Assembly (NCBI RefSeq): GCF_009914755.1
Contig: NC_060929.1
DNA: 64,000 bases
Source of the DNA: the human T2T-CHM13v2.0 reference genome, Homo sapiens
Direction: 5' to 3' (one strand)
Under the pieces are notes generated by a model. That model ran no database searches, had not been told where the DNA came from, and saw only the letters and a list, made by a program, of their open reading frames with translations. Each line of letters starts with the position of its first letter. The stretch's first letter is position 1. Shown in pieces: positions 25,987 to 41,529 of this stretch. The position numbers and the translations under genes are program-made.

Positions 25987-27379
25987 ATCACCATGAACCT
26001 CAGTTTCCCTATCTGATTAGATTGAGCATTGGCTTAAAAGGCCTCTAAGCTTTCTTCTTGTTCTAGTATTCTGTCTCTGTAAGCTCCTTGCATCTGGCTG
26101 GACCAAGCTGTCCCAATGTTAGAGGCTCCCCAACTCCTCCTCTGTATAGTGTGGATTTCATCCCAATATCTGGGACATTGTCAAAACTAAGGCCTACACA
26201 GTCATGCAAAGCAGATCCTTGTAACTTACATGCAAAAGTTGAGAAGAGTGGTTTTGGTATGCTATAACACTTGGCTGAAAATGTTGATGGCAATCCCATC
26301 AAGGAGAGAAAGTACAGCTCCACCAACACAAACCTGGGCTCCCAAAGACCCTCACCCTGGCCTCCTAAACAAGGTCTCCCACCTCAATAATTGGGAACAA
26401 ATAGTCCTCAGGACTCTCTCGGCATTGTTAACTTGCCTAGCAATGTACCAAATAGAGATCAGACTTTTCCTTCTTTTCCTTTGTGCCTTCTTGAAACAGA
26501 CAAATACTGCACATGTGCACGTGTGTGCACACGCACACACACACACACGTAAATGTGTAGTTCGTAGGTCCAGCAATTTCCAGCCCAACTAGGGTCAGGA
26601 CCACTCTTCTGCACCATGGTGCAAATGAGCACACAATCAAGATGGACAGGTAATTCCTTTGGAGATGCACAGCATGGAAGTGACAGACGGCAGAGAACTG
26701 CTCTTTCTCAGCAAATAATCTTGATATTGACAAAATTCTCAGGGTCGATAGGCATTGTGTACATTCTACCTCTCCATTTCTGTCCCTGGCTTCTTGGTAC
26801 ATATAAAAAGATGTCCTAGGCAAGCCCAGAGACTGGGAACTACAAGTGATATCTTAACAGTTTCGTGCCCTAGTAATTTTTACCCAGAACTTCAGCTTCT
26901 CGCAAATTCACTTAAAGAGTACATTCAATTCTAACTAGCTTCCTGCGTAATATTCAATAGTAATTTTTAAAAGTGTCCCCAGTCCCTTGTTAGGGATGTC
27001 TCAATTCTTGGGTTGAATCAAAGGATTTCATTATTTTAGCAGTGGGTAGTTTCAACAGAAATTATAGCCCCAGCCCTGGGTACATCTCTTAGACCCATAC
27101 CCAAAATAATCATGAAGAGTGTGGACTCTGACGTCCATACTACATGCTTTCAAATGATAGCTCAGCCACTTTCTAACACTATAATCTTGAGCAACTTACT
27201 TAATCTATATCTCAGTATTTTTGTCTGTAAAACAACAATAAGTGTCTACAAGTCCTAAAGCTGTTATAAACATTTAAATGACATTCCGATACATCTAAAT
27301 ACCGTTAAAAGAGGCTTAGACAATTGAAGCAATGATTGGGTTTGAGAGTACTTGTTTCCTAATTTAACAAACAATGTTC

Positions 27380-28447
27380 TATTGTGGGCAAATATATATA
27401 ACATGAAATTTACCATTTATACTATTTTTAAGTGTAGAGTTCTATGGCTTTAAGTATGTTCACATTGTTATGCAACCATCACCACCATCCACCTCTAAAA
27501 CATATTCATCTTCCTCAACAGAAACTCTATACCCATTAAACACTAACTCCCTTTCCCTCAGCCCCTGGCAACCACTATTTTATTTCTGTCTCTATGAATT
27601 TGTGTCTAGGTACCTCATATCAATGGAACCACACAGTACTTGTCCTTTTGTGATTGATTTATTTCACTTAGCATAATGTCTTCAAGTTTCATCCATGTTG
27701 TAGCATGTAATTCTACAGGACAGAATTTTCTTCCTTTTAAAGCTGAAAACTATTCAATTTTCCTTATATACCACATTTTGTTTATTCACTCCTCCCTTAC
27801 TAGACACTTCGGTGGTTTCTACCTTTTGTCTATTGTGAATAATGCTGCTAGGAATATTGGTGTACAAATAATTGTTTGAGCACTTGCTTTGACCTCTTTT
27901 GGATGTATAACCAAAAGTGGAATCATTGAATCATACAGTAATTCTATACTTAATTTTTTAAAGATTTGACATGCTGTTTTGTACAGTGTCTGTACCACTG
28001 TACATTCCCACCAGCAATACACAAGGGCTCCAGTCACTCTACATCTTCTCCAATACTTGTTACCTTCTGTGTTTTTGATAATAGCTATCCTATTGGTGTG
28101 AAATGGTATTTCTTCATGGTTTTGATTTGCATTTCTCTAATGATTAGTTCTTTTCATGTGCTTATTGCCTGTTTTTATATCTTCTTTGAAGAAACGTCTA
28201 TTCAAGTCCTTTGCCTAATTTTTAATCAGATCATTTGTTTTTTGTTGATATTGTTGAGTTGTAGGAATTCTTTATATATTCTGGATACCAATTGCTTATC
28301 AGATAGGTGATTTGCAAATATTTTATCCTATTGCATAGGTTGTCTTTTCATTCTTTGATGGTGTCCTTTGATGTGTAAAAGTTTTTAATCTTGGTGTGGT
28401 CCAGTATATCTATTTTTACTTTTGTTGTCTATGCTTTTGGTGTCATG
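27380..28447 (-). mobile_element. Old L1 (L1MB-like) 3' end, 5'-truncated
   Basis: Typical reverse L1M 3' UTR and ORF2 end (ACATTCCCACCAGCAA, TTTGATTTGCATTTCTCTAATGATTAG); degenerate TSD aacaaacaatgtt/aacaaatactgtt. Confidence 0.85.
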
Positions 28448-28529
28448 CAACAAATACTGTTAAAGGCTTATTCTATGGCAGCCATTGTTCTAAATTTTTA
28501 CAAATGGTAATTCATTTAATCCTCACCAC

Positions 28530-29265
<736 letters not shown>

Positions 29266-30879
29266 CCATTAAGCTGTGAATTGGGATTATTATCCCTGTT
29301 GTACAGGTGGAAAAACTGTGGCACAGTGAGGTTAAGTAATTTGCCATAGGATACATAGTTATTAAGCAGTACAAGAACTTGACCCAAAGAAACTGGTCTC
29401 CAGAGTGATATATAGAAATTTAAGTGAATTTTTAAAAGACAATTCCAGAAAAAATATATATATTCAAGAAATAAAATGTAGTCATCATTTACCGCATGGC
29501 CCAGCTCTGAATAGCATTTACATGGCCACAGTAATGTAAACATTGAATAATGACTTAGCTATTAAATCAGAAGGATGAGAGGATATGTGGGCTGGGCAGA
29601 TAGAGGAAAAAGCCAAGACCTGCATCTTTTATAGTAAGAAGTTACAAGATAATGCAAGAAGTTACTAAATAAAATGGAAAATGCAAGAAATAGCAGCAAA
29701 GCATGTTATTTATAGAACTGGAGATAAATACCAAAATAATTAGCTATAAAAAGGTAAATGTGGTTGCTGCTGGGAAGGAAGAAATTGGCGGTGATAGAAG
29801 AAGATTGCTATTTTTGAACTGAACGTTATAGAACGATTTAATTCTTTAAACCATGTGCACTTTTTTCTTCTGATGAAAAGAAAACATTTACATGAGATTG
29901 GGCAGGCAAAACACTTAGTACAATGTTAAAACCCCAAAATAGTAGCTGTTTACTTCTCTCAAATATATTTTATTCAACAAGTATGTATTGATCAGGGCCG
30001 ATGTGTTTGAAATGACATCAGGTGCTGTGAACCTCAGTAGTTAGGCATTGGAGCACTTGCGTCAAACCCACAGATGGGTCTGTATCTGCCTCTGTTGATT
30101 AGGGAGCCCTGTGGAGTTGTTGGGGCTTTAGCTCTTTTTCCCAACACAGCTTAGGATGGCATGAGAACAGAGAAGATATCATGACTACTATTCCTCCTCA
30201 TTTCTAATCCAGTGTCCATCTAAGCACAGGTACCATCATTTCCTCAGAGCTTTCCCAACCAACACTGCCCAACTAGAACTTCCCTTTTTCAGAATTACAG
30301 AACAGCTTTATAGTCTGCCTTATTCAATTTAGCACCTCATTGCATTCTGATTTGTAATATTCTCTTGGCATTTCATGCATGTAAGTCACTTGTGTCAACA
30401 TTAAATTGTCACCACTTAAAGACAAGGGTCATTTCTTTGGTCTTTTTGTGTCCCTTAGCACATGGTGCAGGTAGAGATACGCTCAAGAGCTAGATCCTTA
30501 TTGATCTACCTTAAGAAGGACAATGTTAGAGTGGGGCAACAAAAAGGTGGCAGCAGCCCCCACCCAGTCCTTCAGATTTGGGCCTGTTGACTGCAGGTCA
30601 CTGTAACATTTTTAGATCTGAGACCATCTGTGATTGTGGATGTGATCACATTTAGAAAGAACAGAAAAAATACCATAGGGCATGATGAGAAAAGAAGTGT
30701 GTTTGTCTAACCTGCATCTTCCTTGGGAAGGACAGAGAGGTTTGAATCCAAAATAACAGTTCTTTCTTCATTTGTTTAGTAGCTGCTGTCCTGAGTTGAT
30801 GTTGCCTTGGAAATAGTTGCTTTCATTGATAAATGTTTTGTAGGGTACAGCTACAATCCTAGGGAATGCATGCGCTTAG

Positions 30880-31327
30880 TGTATGGATTCATTTGCTGGA
30901 GCTGCCCTAACAAAGTACCACGAACTAGGTGGCTGAAAACAACTGAATATTATTCTGTCACAGTTCTAGAGGCTACAAGTTCCAAACAATGCTCCTTCCA
31001 AATGCCCTAGGGAAGAGTCCTTCCTTGCCTCTTCTAGCTTGTGGTAGCTGCCAGCAACCCTTAGCATTCTTTGGTTGTGGCAGCATAACTCCAGTCCCTG
31101 CCTCCACCTTCTAATGGCCCTCTTCTCCCTGCGTGTGTCTGTCGGTCTCTAACTCTCTCTCCTTATAGGGATACCAATTATTGAATTTAGGGCTCGTCAT
31201 AATTGTGGATAAATTTATTTGAATTAAGTCTGCAAATAACTTCACAAGATCCAAATAAGGTCACATTCCCAGCTATCAAGAGTCAGGACTTCATATCTTT
31301 TGGGGAAACACAATTCAGCCCACAACA
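30880..31327 (-). mobile_element. MLT1-family MaLR LTR
   Basis: TAACAAAGTACCACGAACTAGGTGGCTGAAAACAAC...ACACAATTCAGCCCACAACA. Confidence 0.85.
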
Positions 31328-34300
31328 GAATCCAATTGAATACTCAGCAGGATAGAGCAACTAGAAATAGCTCCCTATGTCTTCTCTATTATTGAACCCA
31401 CCATGCTCGTTGACTGCATTCACCATTAGATTTAAGTTCTTTGAAGGCAAGCACCCTGTTTCCCTTGTGTCTCATTTCATTCTATGCATTTAGCTACCAC
31501 TGAGCCTGGCACATAGCAGGTGCTCAATAAATATTAGGTGAATTAACAAATAGTGCATGCAGTCAAAGGATGGAGGAAAGGTATGCAGAGGGTATTTGCA
31601 ATATCCAAAGAATGGTCCAAAAAAAAAGTGGAGGCAGACCCTTTCTCACATGCTGGCTCCCTCTATCTGCAGTAGGAGAGACAGAGAATGAAGAAGGCAT
31701 TTCTGGATGATGGCATAGTGCAACATGAATGGCAAAGAAAGCCAGAAGCAAACAGAGAAAACCAATGTAGTTAATATTTAAACTCTAGAATCCAAATAAA
31801 CTAGTTAAACATAGAAAAACTGTTTTGTGTGGTGCTTTAAAATTCTAGCTCAGGCCTTTCCTTTGATTCCCCCAGGGCCAATACCAGCTCTCTCTTTTGT
31901 CATTTCCATCAGATCTTTTGTTTTACGATTTCTGTTGCTTATTATCCTTATTCCTTTCTGGTGTTTATAAAGCCAAAGATGAGGGGGCACATGCATTCTT
32001 GATACTGAAGCATTTAGGCGGTTATCACTTAAATTAATGTTTTCTGCTAGAGTTATATTTTAGTGGAAAACAGTAATTGTTTCTAAGACAGCATCTTGGA
32101 GTTGAACCAATTCTATCAGTGAACACTCAACCATGGGAAGCTAACAATAAAATGCAGTGATCAATCGTTCTTCTTTTCTCTCTTCCACTCCAAAGGCAGA
32201 CTTCACATCTCTTTGCTTTAAAAAACAAAACAAAACAAACAAAAAAACCACACAAAAACAAAAAAACTAAACTGATGATAGAGCACCTTTTTAACACTTC
32301 AGCAGAACAGTTTCCCCATAGAAAATGACCCCCAAATTTATCTTTATTGCGACTTCCCACCCCTCACCCTCACTTAGAATTTACAAAGATGCCTTTGCGT
32401 AAGTTATAACCTTGCAAACCTCTGCTTTTGAATTGTGTTGATGTCCACTGTGGATGGAGGGCTGTGGGACAGGACTATCTTCCTGCATGCCAGCTCCCCG
32501 AATAATTCCACGATGCAATTGGTGGCATTCACACTTGACTAGGATCGCATTTCAATCTGTTCCATCTGATTGGATACCGTGTTTTCTTCCCGTCTGTGGT
32601 AATGGAGCACTCGTTCCCAGTTCCCAAGGTTATTTTCATCTCAATGATCTTTTGCATCTCCCTGGGGAGCCTGACCATTACCCACCCCCCTTTCACTCTG
32701 TCTGCTTAGAATATTGCTTTACATGTCGCTCTTCCTGTAGTAACCACTGTCTTTGATACATTCCTATCAGCGATTTTGTTCCTGTGGGAGCAGTGATCTT
32801 TACCAGTTTGTGACTCTCCCTCTTTCTCTGTGGGTTCTTCTCGTGGTCTTACAGCTCAGTTCAAGCAATTTGCTTTTAAAGATGAAAAGAGATAGGCTGG
32901 GACACCACCTGTTTACGACATTAGGATGCTGGGTTTCTGATTTCTTTTGCTAACCTGCGTGCCTTCTCGTGAAGACTGAAAACTGGTTAGAATATAAAAG
33001 ATGGAGGATCTGTTGTGAAAATAATTCACAGGGAGGGGAAAAAGTCATATTACACTAGGCAGACTTGGCCTTTTCTGCCGCTCTTTATTGATCTCAAATT
33101 GCTGAAAGGGTTCAGAAGATAAAAAGAATCTGTGAAACAAAGAAAGGAAACCATGGTGAAGAAAGAAACGGCCCTGATATGGTGGCAGCCAGAGAATCCG
33201 TCTGAGTCCTAATTCTACCCAAAACTCACGGTGTCCCCTGGGCAGACCCTTCTCCTCTTGGGCCCTCTGTTTTGTCTTTTGCAGTGTTGGGAGGCTTTGA
33301 GTCAGATGTTTTGAAAGTTCTTTTCCAACTTTCAAATATCATGATTCTAGGAAAAGACTGAGAACTAGGCACGACACATTATTCCACTTCCAATGATGTG
33401 CTGAGTCGCCGAATCTGTCGCCTCTCTTTAAAAACACACAGAAACAACTTTTTCCTCCCAAAGGGAGGAAACTAAAGCTGTTGCCCCTTTCTGGATTGGT
33501 GATGATAATGATATTAAATAATAATCATCATCACTTATGTTTGTGTAATATTTTCTATTTCAAGGAACAAGATCATGTCCTTTCCTTTAGGTTGCAAACA
33601 TCTGACCCTTGGTCAAAGGAGCTTGCAAACCAGTTTGATTTGTCCTGCTTGGTATTATTTTTAAAATTATGCTTTATTTAGGTGACAATGTTGAAAAACC
33701 AAGAGATGTACATAAACATTCATAATTCTATCCTTCCTGAAATAATAACATGCCTAGTAATACCTACCTGCATTATGTCATGGCCACAAATCACCAGAGT
33801 CCAGTAGAGACTGCCCGTTTGAGATCAGGCATGATCTTTTAATTTATTCATGTATGAGATTTGCATGGCCTTTGTAGCATTTGTATCTTCAATCTCAGTT
33901 ATCTAGCTTGTTGGCATCAATGATGATGATAATGATAATGATGATGATGTTACCACTGCTAATGTCATTAACAATAATCTCCATCTCCATGTTGGCACAC
34001 CATCTTTACTTTTAGGAAACACTATCATGTGTATTACCTATTTAAATCCCCACTACAACCATCTGGTGAGGAAGATGTAGAAGGTATTATTATCTCTACT
34101 TAACAGATAATCCATTTGAGGGATAAAAATTTCAAGTGACTTACTGGTGGACCATATTTAGTCTAATGATCTCAAACTTTCCACTATCAAGGTCTTTTTA
34201 AATTTTCTTAATGTACTCTATGTTTTGTAGGACTTGGTCTACCTATTCACATGTATTTAAAAAAAATAGGTTGTTTACTTATTTTGTGTTACATGAAGAT

Positions 34301-34411
34301 ATATAGATAGATAGGTACCTCTAACCTCTACTCTCAATGATGTATTTGTTTACCAAGTACAGTTGTAACTGCTAATAGACAAATTTTGTGGTTCCTTTGC
34401 ACAATTACTCT

Positions 34412-34545
34412 CTTTTTTGTTTGTTTCTTTGTTTGAGACAGAGTCTCCCTCTGTCACACAGGCTGGAGTGCAGTGGTGCAACCTCCACTCACTGCAGCCT
34501 CAGCCTTCCCAGTTGAAGTGATTCTCCTGCCTCAGCCTCCTGATT
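34412..34545 (-). mobile_element. 5'-truncated Alu (part of right arm only)
   Basis: Flanked by perfect 11-bp TSD ACAATTACTCT (34401-34411, 34546-34556). Confidence 0.9.
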
Positions 34546-37322
34546 ACAATTACTCTTCATTTCAGTGCTTTCCTAGCTGGACTTCTTAACAAGTACATAC
34601 AATTAGGAGGAAGGAAAGCTTAAGTGGGCCATGAAAAGGTCAGGTGAGTTTTAGGGATCCTGGACCCAATATCCTTATTACATAGCTGGGGCTTATGCTG
34701 ACCCACTAAGATCAGTGCTAAGGGAGTTACAAGCAGAATTCAAACTCAAGTTTTTGTTACTGTTTTTATGTTTGACACGGGAGTATACAGCATGGGAGAT
34801 CACCTCACCTCTGGCTCTGAGGTTGGTACTCAGAAGCTGTGGACTGTCAGCATATTTTGATTAAACACCTATCATGTGTCCACCATGTCACAGGTGCTGG
34901 GCATTGCCTGGGTCTGAAGATCTATCATCACATCTGAGCCAGGTCCTTGGCTTCCTTCTGGCATTCTGTTTGACACTGATGAGTTCTGAGACCTTGCTGG
35001 CCTTGACTTGCCCACTTCCTCACAGCAGCACAGGCTCAGCATGAGATCCTCTTTTCCAGAATAACCCAGAGACTTCCTGGACTTGATTGAGTTGTAGCTT
35101 GCTTTGGAAAAGATTCCAACTTTTACAAAGTGAAATTTCCTATGCTAAGCAAACTCTATTTATATTTTATTGTATTCTGTTGTCAGATGCTGCAAGTACT
35201 TGAAAGGAGCTTGTGATATAACATATTCTTGATTGTAATATAGCATTGTAAGCACATTATGGACTGAATTACAACATTTCATGAGAAGAAAAGAGAAGTG
35301 CTACATTAAACGTACACATTATTCATAAAGCTTCTAATTCCAGGAAAATTAAACTTGAAAAAATTATTTTCCAGAATGGATGATCTGTAGCACATAGGTT
35401 CTTATAAGTCAAATACAGTTCCTTATAAATACATGGAAGATATGTGCCCAACTCATATGCAGGCCTAGAGTAGTAAGTTTTGCACAACCTGAATCAAATT
35501 AGGTCAGTCTTCTAAGAAACATTCCCATGTTACAATGCAACCAAACTTTAACAGGGCCTCTAGGCGGAGGAGTGGTTTTCCTCTCTTGGGTGGAGAACCA
35601 AAAATGTAGCACTCTTCATTGTCAAGGTGTATAGCAAAGCATAGATCATGAGGGGAGAGCTTACACAGAATGGCATGGCATATGCCATCCAGAATCCACT
35701 GTGCAGCTGCTTAGGGATAGGAGTGTTTCCATTTTCAAAACCACATAAGTTTCAGAGGTCAAGCTTAGCAAAGCAGCTTGAAAAGTGTGTACTTAGTAGG
35801 CTTGGGGAAAAGTTGGAAGCCCATGCCCTCATTTTGCCTCGATTATAGTTCTGCAAAAACCCTCTCTTAAGAGCTCCAAAGTCTATGCCTTATTCCCTTC
35901 CCCATTTGGACTATTGTTACCCTGGGCAAGTTCTTTAATTAACTTCTCTGTGTTTTAGTTTCACCATTTATAACACAGAGATAATTATACTTCAAGATAA
36001 TGTGTGGAAAAAAATACCTCTCCATTGCACAATGAGAAGTGGACATGCAAGTTATCATGATTGTTTATTAATAGCAATAACATCCCACATGAACAGTGGA
36101 ATCAGCACTCTTCCCCACAGAACTCAGAACCTTTGTCCTGATTAGCTCATTATGACTGACATTAACTCTGAGATTTTGCTGGCGGCAATGTGGAGGGAGA
36201 GTATTACCTTTTGGCTAGGTTTCTTCTTGTCCTGAGGTCTTTTTATTCTTCATCGGCACCTCCTGTAAGTAACTGGGTTTGGGCTGCTCAGAAATTCCTG
36301 TCTGTGATAAATAAGGGAAATTTCAGACAGGATGGTAACTCCATAGCTATTCAGGCCAAAGAGTTGGTAGACCATTAAAAACAATTCACATCCTTCATGT
36401 TCTGGGTTTAAATATGCATATTTCCATGGTCTTACTCCCTCCAAAATTGGTCAGACCAGTTCAAGGTTGGATGACAGATGTGAGCAAATCAGCGTCAGAC
36501 AAGTTGAGCAGACTTTAACTTCCTATATTGTAGTAGAAAATTCCTCTCATAAAACAACGAGGCGCACGTATCAAGACCCCTGCTGTGTCCAATTAGACTT
36601 CTTTAAAAAGGAACAACCTCTTTAACTCTGTGAGTTTCTGGGGGCTGTTTATCTTTTCCTTTTGGCTTATCACAACTCTTAAATTACCTTGGCATATGCT
36701 TCGTTGCTAGTATTTTCTTGTATTTTCTTTTTTTCCGTTGCCACAGGAAACAAACAAAAAAGGTTTTTTTGTTGTTTTTTTTTTTTTAGTAAGAGGCATT
36801 TCAAGAACGTGTTAGAGGGAGAAAGAATGTTGCTTAATGAAATAAAGAAGAGATAATTTCCAAACGCTTTTAAAACTACATAGTAGGACAATCATTCAAG
36901 TATGGGATGCACCCTTAAGCAAGATTAGGTCTTATGGGTGACAGAGGAACTAAGTTTGGTGTGTCAGCCTTGATTTCTTATTACCCTAGTTCCTGCGCTT
37001 CATACAAATTTAAGATCCAAGCAATTATGCCTAACGTGCTCTTGAATACGGTAAAATCATGCATTTTATGTAGTCAGTAATAAAAATACTGCAGTCGTTT
37101 TTCCATCCAAAGATACAGTCCCATTATGAATAATGAGTCCTAGAAAAATATAGCAAGGTAGTCCAATGCGGCAGCATAATCATTTATGCATCTACCAAAC
37201 CTCTTTCACAGTTCAAGAAGTTTAATAGACGATCAATTCCTTGAGGGCAGAAGCTTTCTTATTTATCTTTGTATCTTTGTTACCCAGTAAGCACCATTCC
37301 TGGCACATCAAAAATCACAGAT

Positions 37323-37352
37323 GATGGATGGATGGATGGATGGATGGATAGA
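37323..37352. repeat. (GGAT)n microsatellite at the end of an L2-like fragment
   Basis: Direct reading. Confidence 0.85.
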
Positions 37353-38067
37353 TGATGAATGGAGAAAAAATACTTCCCTCTTTTGGTCTTTGAAGTTTCT
37401 GGGTATTACCAGTGAAGATACAGAGTATAGGGCAAGGTTCTCATACCTAACAATCAGGCCAAACCAGCACGTTTAATAAAATGTTTTTTCATTGCCCTTA
37501 GAATAAAACCCAGATCGTTTATTGTGGCTAGTGTGATGTGATTTGGCCACAGGCTAACATTCATAACTTCAGCTCCTTCCATTCTCCTTTTCTCTCCCCA
37601 CTCTGTGACACTAGACTTCTTTGCATTCTTTGGAAACATCCAAACTCTTTCCTCTGACAGCCTTGTACTTCCTGTTCCATCTGCCCAGAATCTTTCCCCC
37701 TATCTTTCCATGGCTGGTATGGTCATTCACTATACTCAAATATCATTCCTTGGATACCCCTGCCCCATCCAAATTTGTTCCCCTCCTCCCTTTCAGTATC
37801 CTCAACACCCAACAGTGCCCTGCACTTAGTATGCACTCCATAAATATCTGTTGGATGGTTGACAAATTATTGTGCATATTTTGCAAATATTTAATGTTAC
37901 TATTGTATATTTAACTTAAAAATTACTGAGGTTTTTCTTCTTCCCAAACTCCAATTAAAAAGCAAACAACCAAAAACTCAAAACAAAGGTGAAAATGTTT
38001 CTTTTGTTTTATTCTCGTAACTTACTAGAAGCTAAGAGGTTGCCTCTTCTACTCACCCTGGAAAGAA

Positions 38068-38185
38068 GGAAGGAAGGAAGGAAGGAAGGAAGGAAGGAAG
38101 GAAGGAAGGAAGGAAGGAAGGAAGGAAGGAAGGAAGGAGGGAAGGAAGGAAGGAAGGGAGGGAGGGAGGGAGGGAGGCAGGGAGG
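38068..38185. repeat. (GGAA)17 GGAG (GGAA)4 then (GGGA)n microsatellite
   Basis: Uninterrupted GGAA from 38068 to 38135. Confidence 0.95.
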
Positions 38186-38729
38186 ACGGAAAACTTAGAA
38201 AAGACTGAATTAAACAAAGCTTAAGAAAAACAGAGTCGTAAAACTTCTCAGGGCCTTTAACATGTTTATGTGAACTGAGACTTTCTATTAGAATAGAGGC
38301 TTTACTTCTCAAAGTTATTTGACCAGAGAGCATTTTTCCTCCTCCTCTCCCTCCTCCTCTTCCTCTCCCCCTCCTCCTCTTCTCCTCTTCCTCCTCTCCT
38401 TCCTTCTTCTTTCTCAGAGTACTTTTGAGACTAATCTTTGATGGCATACATTTTGGGAAACAATAAAGTAGGAACCACCATCTGCTGAGCATTTTCTGTG
38501 CCCTAGGCACTGTACTAGGCATTTTAAGTTTGTCACTTGCTTTGGTTCTCGTCCTTTCATTAATGAAGGAAATGAGCCTCACAGAGTTTAGCTAACTTGA
38601 CCAAATGCATGTAACCATCAAATCAAGCACAGCAGCTACGATTTGAACCATTGCTGCTTGATTCCAATGGCTTTGATCTTCTCACTGCTATGTACTACTT
38701 CGCAAAATATTACTTCTAATTAATTAAAA

Positions 38730-38904
38730 CAGAGGTTCTCACTCTCAAATACATACAAAGCTTATAAAATACAAACTCCTGGACCCTATGCCAGATTTAT
38801 TTAATTCACTATGTCTGAGTTGGGATCCAAAAATTTGCATTTCTAGCAGGCTCCCAGGTGATGCCTGTTTCTCTGGCCTGGGGCCCACATTTTGAGAACC
38901 ATTG
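38730..38904. mobile_element. MER5-family DNA transposon fossil
   Basis: CAGAGGTTCTCA...TTTGCATTTCTAGCAGGCTCCCAGGTGATGC...TTTGAGAACCATTG. Confidence 0.8.
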
Positions 38905-41326
38905 ACTTAAAGCCCTGCGATTCCTGTTTAATGATCTTTGCAATAATGTTATTAGAAGCTTAAGAAGCTGAAGACTTTTTCAATTAGTTTATACTGCCTT
39001 TGTTAATGCAGAGAACTAGATAACAGGGAGCTCAACAATTCATTTCAATTCCACAAATGTTTATTGAGCATCTACTGTTATAGACGTTATGCAACATACA
39101 GGAAATCTGAGATAACTAAGACCAGGTACTTGGCCTTAAGGGTACTTTAGTCTAGTTAATGGCAGCATGAGGTGGATGAAGCTTTAAGAAGAACAAAAGC
39201 AAACAGATGGTTGTGAGTCAGCAGGTCAGGCAGTCTGATAGATGTCGACCCAGTGCCAGCATGGCACATCGCGGCCCTCCCCACCTGGGCTAGAGCTGGG
39301 ACTGGGGAAAGCCTTCCCACAGAGATGGCACCTGATTGGCATCCTAATCATGATCAGTAGTCAGCTGGGGTGGAGGATTTTAGGAAATGCCAGCAGCAAG
39401 TGCAAAGGCTTGGAGAGACGAGAAAACATGGGGCCTTTGGGGAAAGCTTGAATAGCTAAAGGAAAGACTAGCACACAGATGTGTCCAGATTTAGGTTAGC
39501 AGAGGGGAATGACTGGATTGAGGCTGGAATCTGGCTGTGAAGGCCCTTGTCTGCCTTCCGTGGATTATACACAAAAGTCAGAGCAATGTTTAAGAGAACT
39601 CATGGTTGAGACATGTGGCTTCCAACCATTCTTCAGGCATGCATTCCTTTCATAAATAACTTTGCAACCCTACTGGCTGATGAGGGCGGTACAAAGAGGA
39701 TTGAAACACTGAATCTGTCCTCTAGGAAGAGAAATAAAACATTTACAATCTAAAATCCAATACAAAGGTGGAAATGTGCCCTTATTAAAAAGCACGGAGA
39801 CATAGGAAGAAGTCCTGGAACAGCAAAGAGGGAAAGGTCACTCCATTTATGATAACTCTGGTAAAAGAGTCAAAGATGGGAAGCAAAGCAGGTGCCATTA
39901 TCAACCTCGCAATACCTTTATGGATATTTTTACAGATGGTTCTCTTAGTCACCTCAAAGAGTGCCAGGATAGAAGCTGGGAAGTGGAAACTCCGAAAGCT
40001 GTTAGAGAGGAATTGCCTTTAGAATCACGCTTGCTTTTTCCTCGTTGCTAAAACGTCCAGAAAATAGCTAGCATGTGCGTTTCCCCAGCCTGATTAAAGA
40101 GTGCATGTGCAAGCCTCTAAATAATTGCTGCATGAATCTTTATAACCACCCGAAATGAGCTTAACTCGGTTGGTCTACGATGGCAGAAAGGCTTATAATG
40201 TGAGGCTCATCATTCTATCACGCATCAAAGAATGGGAGGCAGAAGCCCTGTTCCATTCTCCCCTCGCTTCCTGATTAATCCACACTTTTAGAATATGAGT
40301 AAGGGCTGACTGATGAGCTGGTTTAGTTTAGCTTTGTAGGATTTTTCCTCCAATTTAGCAAGCAATGAGGACCCGCACTATTTCTACTCTTTCATTTGGC
40401 TCTTAAGTCTCATTTGTGCCATTAGCTGAACTGGTACCTTTTTTTTTTTCCCTCCTGCTCAGAATTCAGAGACTTGTCCTTCTCTTGTAATTATAAAGTG
40501 CTCACAATCAAGACAGCCCTGGTAAACTTTTCTTTTTGGCACAAAAACAATATTAGCTAAAGAGCTGGTTGTAACACAGATGCTTAGAAAAAGTAGGAAA
40601 AAATCAGGTCTTAAAAAGATTTATAAACCCCATTCCAGCTTGTATTCATCATCTTCCTTTCTTGCTATACACCCTGGAGAATAAAGGATGCTATTTACAA
40701 TGATCCCTGTCAGGAGATGTTGAATACAGACTTATCTGCCTGCCAGGTCACAATTACCTTTAAAATCTAAATGAAATGAAGGAAGAGAAACCGCATTTTT
40801 CCCAGTAATGGGATATTCCAGCCATAGTCTCATTGGCACCCACAGTCTTTGCCTCATTTGTGAGGGCTGCCTCAGGTTTGTCAAAGGGTCCTTATTTTAG
40901 AAGAAAGATATACAGATATATAGATATATAGATTGATAGCTAAGTAGGTAGATATAGGTAGGATGGTATGGAGAGAACGAAACAGAGAACTAAGTTTATG
41001 AGCCTGGGAATTTCAGTTGGGTAATCCGTAGTAAATTGTTTTTTTTTTTTTTTTTTTGCATCTGCTGGGCACCGGGTACTACCTTAAACATTGGAAGCAG
41101 CATGAACTCCAGCCCCTTCGTGGTGGGCAAAGTGATTGGAGAGGCAAGAGATTTGCACACAGAAGACATGACTTCCCCCTACCTCCTGCTGATCTGGGTT
41201 TGTCATTGAAGAGCCCTTTGCTATAGCATTGCTTAGGACTCCTTAGTTTACTCAAACCTAATGAAATGTGGTTTTCCTCTCCATAAACCACCTTTGGATG
41301 TTGCCAATAGAGAGAATAATTTACTG

Positions 41327-41529
41327 CTATGGTTCTCAAATTTTGGTCCTCACAGACAAACAACATCACCAGCTCCTGGAAACTAGTTAGAAATGCAAGT
41401 CCTCAGCACTCTACCTCTCTCCTTTCCCTGGACCTAGGGAATTGGAAATTCTAGGGGTGGGGCCCATAAAGCTGTGGTTTAACCAGCTTTCCAATGAGTC
41501 TAATATATGCTAACGTCTGAGAAGCACTG
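41327..41529. mobile_element. MER5A-like DNA transposon fossil (a second partial copy follows at about 41590-41720)
   Basis: TGGTTCTCAAA...GTTAGAAATGCAA...TGAGAAGCACTG. Confidence 0.8.

Noticed and set aside
27470-28310. ORFs within the L1 fragment
   Set aside because: Decayed L1 3' end; no intact ORF2.
37989-38582. EGRK-repeat and PSFL-repeat ORFs
   Set aside because: Translations of the GGAA microsatellite.
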